IMG/VR virus record: IMGVR_UViG_3300031851_000015
Length of the DNA stretch: 64,000 nt
Direction: 5' to 3' (one strand)
Origin: an uncultured virus (IMG/VR IMGVR_UViG_3300031851_000015)
Taxonomy: Duplodnaviria; Heunggongvirae; Uroviricota; Caudoviricetes
The notes beneath the pieces were generated by a model. The model saw nothing but the letters and a program-made list of their open reading frames with translations, was not told where the DNA came from and searched no databases. Both the position numbers and the translations under genes were made by a program. Every line of letters starts with the position of its first letter. Position 1 is the first letter of the stretch. This document shows positions 54,703 to 63,627 of this stretch, one piece after another.

Positions 54703-54948
54703 CTACTCCTGTTCGTTTTCGTTAAAATATTTAAATGAATCCAACGGTTTAACCACTGGTTTTTTCTTTTTAGGTTTTGATTTAGGCTTTAATACCTCTG
54801 AATACCACATAGTGCTAATAACATCTAATGCGGCTTGTGGGTATAGTTTTCTAATATTAGGATTAAGAAGCCATTTATCAAAGTCTTCGTTTGAAAACCC
54901 TTTTTTCTTAAGCGAGTTATAAACCGCTGTCATTGTTTGAGTATACAT
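54703..54948 (-). CDS. Hypothetical protein
   Basis: 81-aa coupled ORF. Confidence 0.55.
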   Translation of the reverse strand: MYTQTMTAVYNSLKKKGFSNEDFDKWLLNPNIRKLYPQAALDVISTMWYSEVLKPKSKPKKKKPVVKPLDSFKYFNENEQE

Positions 54949-55202
54949 TAATGCATATTCCTTTTTGATTGTAAGTGTGAATTCATTATCGTGTCTGCAA
55001 AATAATAAAACCTGTCACCTAACTCTGTACTTTGTTCGTTAATGTTGTGAAAAGAATTAACTATCTTTTCTATAAAGTCCATTACATTAGGATTAATTTC
55101 TGATACATCTGCACCACCATCTAGTAGTTGCAATATTATAGACATCCAAAACTCGTCTGGTGGAGAATCAAACTCGCTCAAAGTTCTCTTCGTTGAATTC
55201 AT
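54948..55202 (-). CDS. Hypothetical protein
   Basis: 84-aa ORF overlapping the helicase end. Confidence 0.5.
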   Translation of the reverse strand: MNSTKRTLSEFDSPPDEFWMSIILQLLDGGADVSEINPNVMDFIEKIVNSFHNINEQSTELGDRFYYFADTIMNSHLQSKRNMH

Positions 55203-56808
55203 CGGAACCCTTTCTTAATCTGCCTGTGTCAAAGTTATAAAACATAGAACCTGATGGGCCAGTTAAGCCTGTGTATCTACATTTAAGAACTTTAGTCCTA
55301 ATAGTATTTCTTTCTTCTTCACTTTCTGAACCTACGTTTCTAGCAAAAGCAATAATATCCATACTAATTTGTTTAATACTACCAGAGCCACGAATATCAT
55401 CCATAGAGGGTAGTTTACCTTCTTCAAAGCTTTTACCTTTGTTATCTGTTTTACGCAAATGGCTAATAAGACCTAGCCATACGTTATACTTCTTAACCAA
55501 CCGTAAAAGGTCATTCATAATTTTATCTATCGCTTCATTTCCGGTGAGTCCTTCAGTTCCTTCAGAAGCAAGTATAGTAATGTGGTCCACAAAGAGATAC
55601 TTACAACCGCTAAGACACATATACTCAAGAAAATCCATGATGGAGCCATCAGATATAGAACCTTGATGATCAAGGACCATAACACGGTTATCACTGAAAA
55701 TAGTATCAAATCCTTCTTTAAGTTCATCTATAGGGATCTCCTCTTTGGCAGGGTTTCTACTAAGAGCCATTCCAGACATTTTTCTTGCAGTTTCAGCGGG
55801 ACTTTCTTCCAGACTGATAAGGCCGATTTTATCTTCAGTTCTTTCAAGAAGATGTACAGCAATTTCCCGAAGAAGCGTACTTTTACCTGATCCGGTTCCG
55901 CTAGTCCAGAGAGTGATTTCTCCGAATCGCATACCCTTAAGCTTCTCATTAAGACCTTCCATAAAGTCGGGATAAGGTACAGATTCAATTTCATTGTAAG
56001 CCTCCAGTTGAGTCCATAGTTCATCTTTAGTAAGAATACCTGCAGGTGTGTAGTCTACAGCATCGTAGATCACTTTTAATACTTTGTCAGGGTCTTTTAT
56101 CCAAAGATCACTAGCATCTTTCTCTGATGATTTAGCTATCTTAATCTTATCATAACCTATTATACGAGCAGCTTCTTTTACTGCTTTTTCGCCAGCTTCG
56201 TCCTTATCAAGCCATAAAATAACTTCATCAAAGTTACGAATCCAATCACGACATTCGATAAGATCTCGTATAGAACTAGCACTACGAATACTAACCACAG
56301 GATAAAAAGTTTTATACTTCTTATACCAAGCTGATTGGACTGCCATAGCATCTAGCTCACCCTCCGTTATTACTAATCTTTTACCACCGTTGTAGAGTTG
56401 TTGTCCAAATAGTCCACCTTTAACGGTACCACATGAGGTAAAGGTTTTGGGTAGATCTCTGACTTTGTAACCGGAGATCTTGTTGCCCACATAATAAGGA
56501 TAGTAATGGCTAGAAATATCTCCGTCGATATTATAAGATACTTTAACACCGTAATGCTCCGATACTTGTTTATAAATGTTTCTTTCTTTAAAGCCACGTA
56601 TCGGATAGTCTTCTGTAATTTCTTCTACCGTATCATTATTAACTGCTACCCATTGTGTTTCTACTGGTTGCATGTTGCCCTCCTTTGGGGCAGGGAAAGA
56701 GGCTCTACAAGAAAAACAAAATGCAGAGCCTTCTTCATAAATTTGTTTGGCATCTGAACTGCCACACTTTTCACATGGTTGATTACGAGTGACTATTGTC
56801 CCCATCAT
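55168..56808 (-). CDS. DNA primase-helicase, T7 gp4-like
   Basis: Zn finger CEKCGSSD...CFSC, TOPRIM ITEGELDA/LDKD, GTGSGKST, VDHI and IRGSGSIKQ motifs. Confidence 0.95.
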   Translation of the reverse strand: MMGTIVTRNQPCEKCGSSDAKQIYEEGSAFCFSCRASFPAPKEGNMQPVETQWVAVNNDTVEEITEDYPIRGFKERNIYKQVSEHYGVKVSYNIDGDISSHYYPYYVGNKISGYKVRDLPKTFTSCGTVKGGLFGQQLYNGGKRLVITEGELDAMAVQSAWYKKYKTFYPVVSIRSASSIRDLIECRDWIRNFDEVILWLDKDEAGEKAVKEAARIIGYDKIKIAKSSEKDASDLWIKDPDKVLKVIYDAVDYTPAGILTKDELWTQLEAYNEIESVPYPDFMEGLNEKLKGMRFGEITLWTSGTGSGKSTLLREIAVHLLERTEDKIGLISLEESPAETARKMSGMALSRNPAKEEIPIDELKEGFDTIFSDNRVMVLDHQGSISDGSIMDFLEYMCLSGCKYLFVDHITILASEGTEGLTGNEAIDKIMNDLLRLVKKYNVWLGLISHLRKTDNKGKSFEEGKLPSMDDIRGSGSIKQISMDIIAFARNVGSESEEERNTIRTKVLKCRYTGLTGPSGSMFYNFDTGRLRKGSDEFNEENFERV

Positions 56809-56977
56809 CTGCTCCTATATGTGCTGTGAATTTAGACATTTCTTGAAACAATAAAAAGAATATAATACTTGTAATAGGATTAACTAAGTGATAACCCATA
56901 ATTTCTGAGACTAAAGTAAAGGCTAATAAACCTACACTTACAATCCACAGGGCTACTGCCATTGGTGATACTTCCAT
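56783..56977 (-). CDS. Small membrane protein
   Basis: Two hydrophobic segments. Confidence 0.55.
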   Translation of the reverse strand: MEVSPMAVALWIVSVGLLAFTLVSEIMGYHLVNPITSIIFFLLFQEMSKFTAHIGADDGDNSHS

Positions 56978-57441
56978 TATAAAAACCTTTTCTTTAATAC
57001 ATTAACATACCTCTTGGTTTTTGTAGTAGGAAACTCTTTTGGTACAAACCTAATAGCAGCAATTTGTCTATTGTAAAACCTAGGTGTAACATTGTCAGGT
57101 AAATACTCTGTCATACAATCAGATAACATTTGAAGGTAAGCTTCTGCATAATACAGTCCACCTTTAGTTTTATAAAGGTCTACAATCTCAAATCTAAAGT
57201 TATCTTTTTTGTACTTGCCAATATCTTGTTTTAAAGCTTTAGAAGAACCTACATAGGTTTTCCATGTCATTGCTTTACCATAAGTCCTAGACTTCTTTTT
57301 ACCACCATGCCAAAATTGTTTCTTTCCAATATAATACTGTTTAGTAGCTAAATTTTCTATACAATATACAAAGCCAAACCAATCACTAGGATCAAACTTT
57401 TTATTATATTCCCAGTGACCCTTATCTGTTAACATAAGCAT
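56977..57441 (-). CDS. GIY-YIG family endonuclease
   Basis: GFVYCI-N----QYYIGKK, W--Y-GS, YAE and FYN motifs. Confidence 0.75.
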   Translation of the reverse strand: MLMLTDKGHWEYNKKFDPSDWFGFVYCIENLATKQYYIGKKQFWHGGKKKSRTYGKAMTWKTYVGSSKALKQDIGKYKKDNFRFEIVDLYKTKGGLYYAEAYLQMLSDCMTEYLPDNVTPRFYNRQIAAIRFVPKEFPTTKTKRYVNVLKKRFL

Positions 57442-58135
57442 TATACTTTTCTTTTGGCAGAATAAAATGATCGTCTTGTTTACGCCAGATATGCAATAGC
57501 TTGCCATTCGCTAACATATGAGCGTGACCTTCATCAATGTAAAAATCATTGTATGCCTTACAAACAATTTCTTTTCGATGCGCAGGTAACGTTGTACCTT
57601 CAAGCATTTTTTCAGCTTTCTTAGGTCCAATTTTAGGAATACCTGGGATATTGTCTACACTATCACCCATAAGTAATTGTTTCCAATAGAAATAATCAGC
57701 ATAGTCTTTGTCAATTATATAAGTTTCTTTTTTACGAGGATTGTAGTGAAGACCTTCAATGCAGTCTAAGTCCTTATCTACAGTAACAATTGCATAAGGT
57801 TGTTTACATTCGTTGGCCCAAATGCGAACCATGTCATCAGCTTCACAATTATCTGTTAGTATACAACCTTCATACTCGTTTACAACATCTGATTTCAAAT
57901 CTAAGAACCAGTCTGGTCTTGTAGATTTTGACTTTGATCGATTAGCTTTATACTCAGGGTATACGTCTACTCTAAAGTTATCAGGACCACCTAAGGCCAT
58001 AACATAATCAGTTGTAAATAAGTCTTCTAGTATAGCAGTAAAAAGACTATCAAAGTTTTCTCGTGCTTCTTCTTTGGTTTCTGCACCCCATATACTCATG
58101 TATAGTAGTACATCACCATCAACAATAGCTAACAT
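57422..58135 (-). CDS. 5'-3' exonuclease, T7 gp6-like
   Basis: VDGD, YKANR, EADD, DKDL and GDSVDNIPG--KIGPKKA motifs. Confidence 0.92.
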   Translation of the reverse strand: MLAIVDGDVLLYMSIWGAETKEEARENFDSLFTAILEDLFTTDYVMALGGPDNFRVDVYPEYKANRSKSKSTRPDWFLDLKSDVVNEYEGCILTDNCEADDMVRIWANECKQPYAIVTVDKDLDCIEGLHYNPRKKETYIIDKDYADYFYWKQLLMGDSVDNIPGIPKIGPKKAEKMLEGTTLPAHRKEIVCKAYNDFYIDEGHAHMLANGKLLHIWRKQDDHFILPKEKYNAYVNR

Positions 58136-58150
58136 AGTAGCTCCTTTATA

Positions 58151-58173
58151 TTGTTCTTTAACGTCAGGTATTA
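58151..58173 (-). promoter_or_regulatory. Class A T7-like phage promoter (TAATACCTGACGTTAAAGAACAA)
   Basis: 21/23 identical to 49598-49620; directly upstream of the AAGGAG RBS of the exonuclease. Confidence 0.85.
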
Positions 58174-58174
58174 T

Positions 58175-58342
58175 TTACTCTTCGTTTTCTTCGGCTTCTA
58201 TGCCTCTGCGAACTAACTCAAGAAAACCCATGTTAAAAATTTGAGCAAAAGTTTCTTTGTCAAGATCTAACTCTAATGTTGCAGATCCATCTTCATGTTC
58301 ATCAATAGAAGCTACATGAATGCTGTATACTTTACTTTCCAT
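58175..58342 (-). CDS. Small acidic protein (55 aa; not in the ORF track)
   Basis: MESKVYSIHVASIDEHEDGSATLELDLD... Confidence 0.6.
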   Translation of the reverse strand: MESKVYSIHVASIDEHEDGSATLELDLDKETFAQIFNMGFLELVRRGIEAEENEE

Positions 58343-58589
58343 TTAATGCCCTCTTTTCAAGCTTGTTAATGTTTCTTAGCATAATATCATCTAAGTTTAA
58401 TCCTGCATTATCAGTTAAAACAGTAACATACCATAATACATCACCTAGCTCATCAATAAGATTCTCACGGCTAGTAGCATTACATACTTCTTCTACTTCT
58501 TCACGAATACCTGCTTTTAAGTTGTCAGCGTGTACGTGGGTGTCACCATAAAATTGAACAGCTAATGATTGATATAATTCGTTATTCAT
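58332..58589 (-). CDS. mazG: MazG-like nucleotide pyrophosphohydrolase
   Basis: EEVEEV...LIDELGDVLWY...NINKL--R motifs. Confidence 0.8.
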   Translation of the reverse strand: MNNELYQSLAVQFYGDTHVHADNLKAGIREEVEEVCNATSRENLIDELGDVLWYVTVLTDNAGLNLDDIMLRNINKLEKRALNGK

Positions 58590-58828
58590 TTTTTATCCTT
58601 AATAAGCTCTAATTTAAATAAACCTTCAGGGCTGTTAACAGCAGCAACAATATCAAGTAATTGTTGAAACGTCATTACGACAACATCAAACTCGTTTTTG
58701 TATTCTTGCCACTGTCTAACAAACACAGTAGAATTATCACCAATAATAACTTGAACGTCTTCTTGGTCATCATCCTCTGACATAGTAGTTATAACAGCAT
58801 CGTCATCAATAAACTCTACTGTATACAT
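58586..58828 (-). CDS. Hypothetical protein
   Basis: 80-aa coupled ORF. Confidence 0.6.
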   Translation of the reverse strand: MYTVEFIDDDAVITTMSEDDDQEDVQVIIGDNSTVFVRQWQEYKNEFDVVVMTFQQLLDIVAAVNSPEGLFKLELIKDKK

Positions 58829-59115
58829 TATTCTTCCTCTTCTTTTTTTGCTGCTGTATAACCATCATCCCAACCATCGTCATAACCGTCTTCACGACCG
58901 TTTTCAAAACCGCTTTCATAGCCGTTTTCGTACCATTCTTCTGCTTCTGTACTTTTTTGACTTGTTGTAATTTCAATGCAATCAGCTTCTAAATCTTCAA
59001 TATCTTTTATTAAATCTCGACTTAGCTCAATACCTTGAAATTTAAGCTCTTCAAAAAATTTACTGAAATGGTTTTGAATCATAACTTCCATAGATGTAGT
59101 AATACTCATTGGCAT
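58828..59115 (-). CDS. Hypothetical protein with (G-x-E/D-x)n repeats
   Basis: YENGYESGFENGREDGYDDGWDDGY. Confidence 0.6.
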   Translation of the reverse strand: MPMSITTSMEVMIQNHFSKFFEELKFQGIELSRDLIKDIEDLEADCIEITTSQKSTEAEEWYENGYESGFENGREDGYDDGWDDGYTAAKKEEEE

Positions 59116-59333
59116 GTCTCCTTATTAGCCTTACGAAGTCTTTTATTATAAGCGCGTTTAATCTTTTTTAAGTCTCCTCTTTTAAAGTTAAGAAATTTAC
59201 GAGATTTGCTAAAAGCATCCATCTCAGCTCCAGACTTTAAAGGAACTCGTTTGATCATTTATTCATCTCACTTATTACTATCCACATAAATCCTAAAATT
59301 AAAAATAGTAAAATAGAGCCGCCCATAAATGCT

Positions 59334-59489
59334 TCAGTCATTATTAACTCCTATGCATGGTAACAGTATTGTTTGCTTACAATACTTTGGATAGTCATCG
59401 TATGTCATAGCTATAAGTACGGGTGGTGCTGCAATTAATAAAACAACAATTGCTGCTGCTTTAATTGCTCCATCAATATTACCCCTCAT
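59334..59489 (-). CDS. Small membrane protein (51 aa; not in the ORF track)
   Basis: MRGNIDGAIKAAAIVVLLIAAPPVLIAM...; AAGGA RBS. Confidence 0.5.
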   Translation of the reverse strand: MRGNIDGAIKAAAIVVLLIAAPPVLIAMTYDDYPKYCKQTILLPCIGVNND

Positions 59490-59503
59490 CTTTTTCCTTT
59501 TCT

Positions 59504-59767
59504 TTAATCAGTGTAGTTGGGTTTAACTTTGTAGTGCTCATGAATACTCTTCTTTACGTTAGATTTCATACGTTTAACTTCTAACGCGTGTTGATACTCA
59601 GGTTTATCTAATAAAACTTCCATAAACTCTTCAATAGCTTTTACTCTAGCTTCTAAAGATTTTTTAGGAAAATTACCAAAAGGGTCATGCATATTAGCCA
59701 TCGATCTTTCTTTAGCTCTATTTCTTTCTTCATCGTCAAAAGGTCTAATGAACGTCATAATAGTCAT
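59504..59767 (-). CDS. Hypothetical protein
   Basis: ORF overlapping the polymerase end; start position uncertain. Confidence 0.5.
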   Translation of the reverse strand: MTIMTFIRPFDDEERNRAKERSMANMHDPFGNFPKKSLEARVKAIEEFMEVLLDKPEYQHALEVKRMKSNVKKSIHEHYKVKPNYTD

Positions 59768-61589
59768 CTCCTATTTTACAATCACCACAAGTCATAATGT
59801 TAATACCATATTGTTTAGGGGCGTCTTCAAAGCATTTAATAATGATTTCTTTAGCTTGTTTTGCCTCGTTTTCTTTAACTTCTACAGTATGTTCATCATG
59901 ATAAAACAACAAATGTTTAAAATCAATCTTATTTTCTTTTAAACGTTTATCAATAAGGTCAACAGTAGCTTTCATAACTACTGCTTCAGCACCTTGAATA
60001 AGATAGTTAAGAGCTTTATGTTTTTCAGATGGATCTAAACATATCTTTCTATCATCCAAGCCTGGAATAAATCCTTGTTTTTCTATTAATCCATTGACTT
60101 TATCAACTAGCTTAGCTAAAGCAGGTAAAGCTTTTTTATATCGATGCATAGCTGATCTTGCTTGACTTACTGTTTGATCAATATACCCACTAAGTTTTTG
60201 AGCACCAGCACCATAAAGATAAGCAAAGATAAATCGTTTAGCTTGATCACGGGTGCAGCCAATAATATCTGCATTCATTTGATGGATATCACCGTTAAGC
60301 ACTGTATCAGTAAACTTAGAATCATCCATGTAGTGTGCTAAGAGACGAAGCTGACAAGCAGCTGAATCAGCACTAACAAGTTTATAGCCGCTAGGGGTAA
60401 CAAAAAGTCTCCTAAATTCGGGACCAAGGGTTGCTTTTCCTGAAGGGAGGTTAGCAATGATTTTGTGGGTTTGTCGAAAAGTAGGTGTACCAATATTAAA
60501 AACGTCACCATGTAACCTACTATTATTATCCACATGCTCAAACCACCCTTCAAGTATTGATTTACGAGATCTAAGAGTATAATACTCCATTAATGATTGT
60601 CCCACTTCCCCAAGTGGTTCCAAGGAATTATCGGAGAGTTTTGGAGATACCTTGATGAATTCTCCATTGACTCTTTTCCAATTCCATTCGTCCGGTTTCC
60701 ATCCGATTGAATAGAGGTAACGTTTAACCGTATCAGTATTACCAATGTCACCAATAACAAAATCAATCCGAGAGTAATTAGCCCAAACGGGGCAAGTATC
60801 AACAGTGGTGCCATCAGGAAGCCCAAACCAACGCTGTATGTGCGAACTAAGTCTTCCTGCCTTCGTGTAAGTCGGTTTCTTTTCGATTGCATAGCGTTTT
60901 CCTGTAATTGGTTCGTGTTCTTTCTTTGTATCAGGATCAACTACTTTTACAGAAGCACTTAGTTTAGGATTAATAAAGTCAGAAATAATCTTCATCTTTT
61001 TATCAATTGTAACTAATAAATCTTCTGCGGCTGATTTATCAAATTTCCAACCATTCTGGCATTGCTCTACCATAATCTTATCTAGATTCATTTCAGAGCG
61101 TAATGCTTTTAATACTGCTTTTGACTTAGTATTTTTAACGTAAGTCTGTAATTCTTTTAACAAGTACTTGTAAACTTTAGTACCAAGACGAACATCTTGT
61201 TGCATGTATACAAACATTTCTTCGTTAAATTCTTCAAAGCCCGATGAATAATCCCCTTTATTATCGTTAAAGAATTCACCCCATATCTTTAAAGAATGGC
61301 CAAATCCAAATCTACGATAGTTAAGGACTTGAGACATAACTTTAGTACAATGTACTGTGGCTTTAGGTTGCCAACCTGTTAGTTTAGTTAAAGCAGGAAT
61401 ATCATAGCCAAAAGCATTATGAGCCACAATAGTATCTGCTTTATCTAGTAGTTCTAAGAACTCATTAAGCTGATGAGGTCGAAACCAGTATTCTTTACCA
61501 GTATCGACATCGATAGCACCAGCGCAATGAAACTTAGACAGTTTTGGCAGAAGATTATCTGCCTCTATGTCAAAGACTAGTCTCATCAA
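59745..61589 (-). CDS. DNA polymerase, family A (T7 gp5-like) with 3'-5' exonuclease
   Basis: FDIEAD, HNAFGYD and YMQQDV exonuclease motifs; SADSAACQLR (A), RDQAKRFIFAYLYGAG (B) and YHDE (C). Confidence 0.95.
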   Translation of the reverse strand: MMRLVFDIEADNLLPKLSKFHCAGAIDVDTGKEYWFRPHQLNEFLELLDKADTIVAHNAFGYDIPALTKLTGWQPKATVHCTKVMSQVLNYRRFGFGHSLKIWGEFFNDNKGDYSSGFEEFNEEMFVYMQQDVRLGTKVYKYLLKELQTYVKNTKSKAVLKALRSEMNLDKIMVEQCQNGWKFDKSAAEDLLVTIDKKMKIISDFINPKLSASVKVVDPDTKKEHEPITGKRYAIEKKPTYTKAGRLSSHIQRWFGLPDGTTVDTCPVWANYSRIDFVIGDIGNTDTVKRYLYSIGWKPDEWNWKRVNGEFIKVSPKLSDNSLEPLGEVGQSLMEYYTLRSRKSILEGWFEHVDNNSRLHGDVFNIGTPTFRQTHKIIANLPSGKATLGPEFRRLFVTPSGYKLVSADSAACQLRLLAHYMDDSKFTDTVLNGDIHQMNADIIGCTRDQAKRFIFAYLYGAGAQKLSGYIDQTVSQARSAMHRYKKALPALAKLVDKVNGLIEKQGFIPGLDDRKICLDPSEKHKALNYLIQGAEAVVMKATVDLIDKRLKENKIDFKHLLFYHDEHTVEVKENEAKQAKEIIIKCFEDAPKQYGINIMTCGDCKIGDDYYDVH

Positions 61590-61767
61590 CTTTCCTCATT
61601 TCTTTAGCCATACTATAAAGAAGAAACGCCATTTGATCTCCATTGTTTTCATGAATATTTTTTAGCCAAAACTGTGAAGCCCAATACTCTAAAGAGTCTG
61701 CTAGGCTCGAATAGCTAGTTTCATCCATTTCAAAACTTAATTTTTCAAGATCTACGGTATTGCTCAT
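61570..61767 (-). CDS. Hypothetical protein
   Basis: 65-aa ORF with a GGAGG RBS. Confidence 0.55.
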   Translation of the reverse strand: MSNTVDLEKLSFEMDETSYSSLADSLEYWASQFWLKNIHENNGDQMAFLLYSMAKEMRKVDETSL

Positions 61768-61903
61768 CCATTACCTCCACTTCGGCTTCTTTATAAAAAT
61801 CATATGCCTCGTACGCTCTGGCTACTGCACTTGCAATAGAATGATCGGGATGTTGGTTACGATACATTCTTGCTATTCTCTTAATAAAACTATAATCAAT
61901 CAC
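61745..61903 (-). CDS. Hypothetical protein (52 aa, GTG start; not in the ORF track)
   Basis: MIDYSFIKRIARMYRNQHPDHSIASAVARAYEAY...; fills the gap. Confidence 0.45.
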   Translation of the reverse strand: MIDYSFIKRIARMYRNQHPDHSIASAVARAYEAYDFYKEAEVEVMDEQYRRS

Positions 61904-62183
61904 CTAATAGATCTCCTAATAATAAATGTGCATCATTAATCTTTTTAAATACTTCATCTACTGTATGAGATTCATAGTCTCCAGTTTCATGCAAGTAATG
62001 CAACGCAGAAGATAAAGACTTTTGTACTCGTTTTAAATCTGGTTTAACTTTTTCCAAAGCTTCTTTTTGCTCATCATAACCTGAATCCCAATTATCAATT
62101 TCTTCTTGAGTTAACATTTTAGTACCTCCAAAGTCCATATTTTCTACAAAATCAGGCCACGTATTCGTATTCTGTGTCATCAT
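61896..62183 (-). CDS. Hypothetical protein
   Basis: ORF; start position uncertain. Confidence 0.5.
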   Translation of the reverse strand: MMTQNTNTWPDFVENMDFGGTKMLTQEEIDNWDSGYDEQKEALEKVKPDLKRVQKSLSSALHYLHETGDYESHTVDEVFKKINDAHLLLGDLLGD

Positions 62184-62364
62184 CGTACTCCATAATTACT
62201 TCAACACATTCTACTCTTGCATTTCTTTTTTCTGCTTTCATTTTCTGAAAATATCTTTGTATTTCTTCTAAACTAAAAGAACTATCTATTTCTTCCCAGT
62301 AGCGCTCAACACAACCACACTCTTTAGTTGTTTCAAGAAATTCATGTATAGTGTAATATATCAT
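62152..62364 (-). CDS. Hypothetical protein
   Basis: 70-aa coupled ORF. Confidence 0.5.
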   Translation of the reverse strand: MIYYTIHEFLETTKECGCVERYWEEIDSSFSLEEIQRYFQKMKAEKRNARVECVEVIMEYDDDTEYEYVA

Positions 62365-62903
62365 TTAGGTAGATCTCCTAATACTTTTACTAGACGATTA
62401 GCATACCATTCAATCTTTTTTGCATCTTGCAAGGCAGCGTCCTTTTTACCTATTCTCATAGCATACTTAAAAATATGACCTAACAAATGAGCCTTAACGC
62501 CTCTGTGTTGTTTAAGAATATACTCCATAAGGTCTATATACTCTAGCCCTTCAGGGAATCTTTCGTAAGCAGAGTTAGGTATCATTTTGTAGTGTTTAGG
62601 ATTAATAATAGCATCTTGGTCATCATCTGACATTTTATCAAAGTCACCATGAAAATCTACTTCTTGCATTTCTTTTATAATACGTTTTTCTACTCTGTTC
62701 ATTAATAAGTACCTCGACCAATCTTCAATATATTCTTTATTATTAGCGGAATAAACTAACACATCATTAAAATCAAAAACTTTAATGAGAGAGTTATGTT
62801 GGTTAGATTGCCAATAAGACCAACAATCAATAGCTCTTTGCCATTCTTCGCCATCATAATCTGGATTTTGCATAGCAGGAGTTCGATAAACTCTATATTG
62901 CAT
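62361..62903 (-). CDS. DUF3310 (T7 gp1.7-like nucleotide kinase) domain protein
   Basis: INPKHY, G---KYAMRIGKK and QDAKKIEWY motifs. Confidence 0.75.
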   Translation of the reverse strand: MQYRVYRTPAMQNPDYDGEEWQRAIDCWSYWQSNQHNSLIKVFDFNDVLVYSANNKEYIEDWSRYLLMNRVEKRIIKEMQEVDFHGDFDKMSDDDQDAIINPKHYKMIPNSAYERFPEGLEYIDLMEYILKQHRGVKAHLLGHIFKYAMRIGKKDAALQDAKKIEWYANRLVKVLGDLPK

Positions 62904-63072
62904 TAGCTTTCCTTTTTTGTATATAACGTTTTAATTCAGACCTATTTTTAAAGCCATAAACTTGAGCAGCTCTTTGTTCTGCATCATAGCGAGAATAACC
63001 TGCGTCATACTCAAGTATTGCTGCTCTCTCTTCGTATAGATCATCTAGTTGTTCAGCTGATAGTTCGTCCAT
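62893..63072 (-). CDS. Hypothetical protein (59 aa; not in the ORF track)
   Basis: YEERAAILEYDAGYSR-DAE--A motif. Confidence 0.6.
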   Translation of the reverse strand: MDELSAEQLDDLYEERAAILEYDAGYSRYDAEQRAAQVYGFKNRSELKRYIQKRKANAI

Positions 63073-63433
63073 TAAAAACCTCTATAACTGGCTTATCGCC
63101 ACTTTGAGTTAAAACCGCCATATCTGCACTATAAATTCTTTCTTCTGTATCTGTAAATACAAAGTGTTCGTGCTTATATGGATTATAAGTAACAAACCTG
63201 CGATTTCCACTTGGAATAATATAATCTAACAACTCTTCACCTCGTACAAAAGCATGTACATTTTTTACTTTTTCTTTTAAAACTTTTAATCGTCCTGCTT
63301 GCCGTACAGCAAACGTTGGTGATATAATCACTACACCGAGAGTATGACGGATTACTTTTCCGTAGTCATCTTTCTGTCGGGACTTAACTGAAAATAGTTG
63401 TTTATGTAAGTTGTAATATACTTCAATTTTCAT
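63053..63433 (-). CDS. Conserved phage protein
   Basis: VYYNLHK--FS, V-QAGR-KVL-EK-KNVHAFVRG and VTYNPYK motifs. Confidence 0.7.
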   Translation of the reverse strand: MKIEVYYNLHKQLFSVKSRQKDDYGKVIRHTLGVVIISPTFAVRQAGRLKVLKEKVKNVHAFVRGEELLDYIIPSGNRRFVTYNPYKHEHFVFTDTEERIYSADMAVLTQSGDKPVIEVFNGRTIS

Positions 63434-63627
63434 GAATCATACTCTTTTACTAGTTGTGATTTTCTACTAATTTGCCAAATGTCTATAGAACTTATATCAC
63501 TCTCTTTAATAAGCATTTCTGCTATTTCTTCTGCTTTGTCTATACTAGAAGAATAATCATAAAATCCCCCATTAACTTCAATTTCGTAATAAAATTCTTC
63601 TATAATTTCTTCATCCTGCATGTTCAA
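63430..63627 (-). CDS. Hypothetical protein
   Basis: Acidic 65-aa ORF. Confidence 0.5.
   Translation of the reverse strand: MNMQDEEIIEEFYYEIEVNGGFYDYSSSIDKAEEIAEMLIKESDISSIDIWQISRKSQLVKEYDS

Noticed and set aside
46816..61589. Inteins or introns in terL, nrdJ, primase-helicase or DNA polymerase
   Set aside because: All are contiguous and of normal length, with no intein or intron signatures
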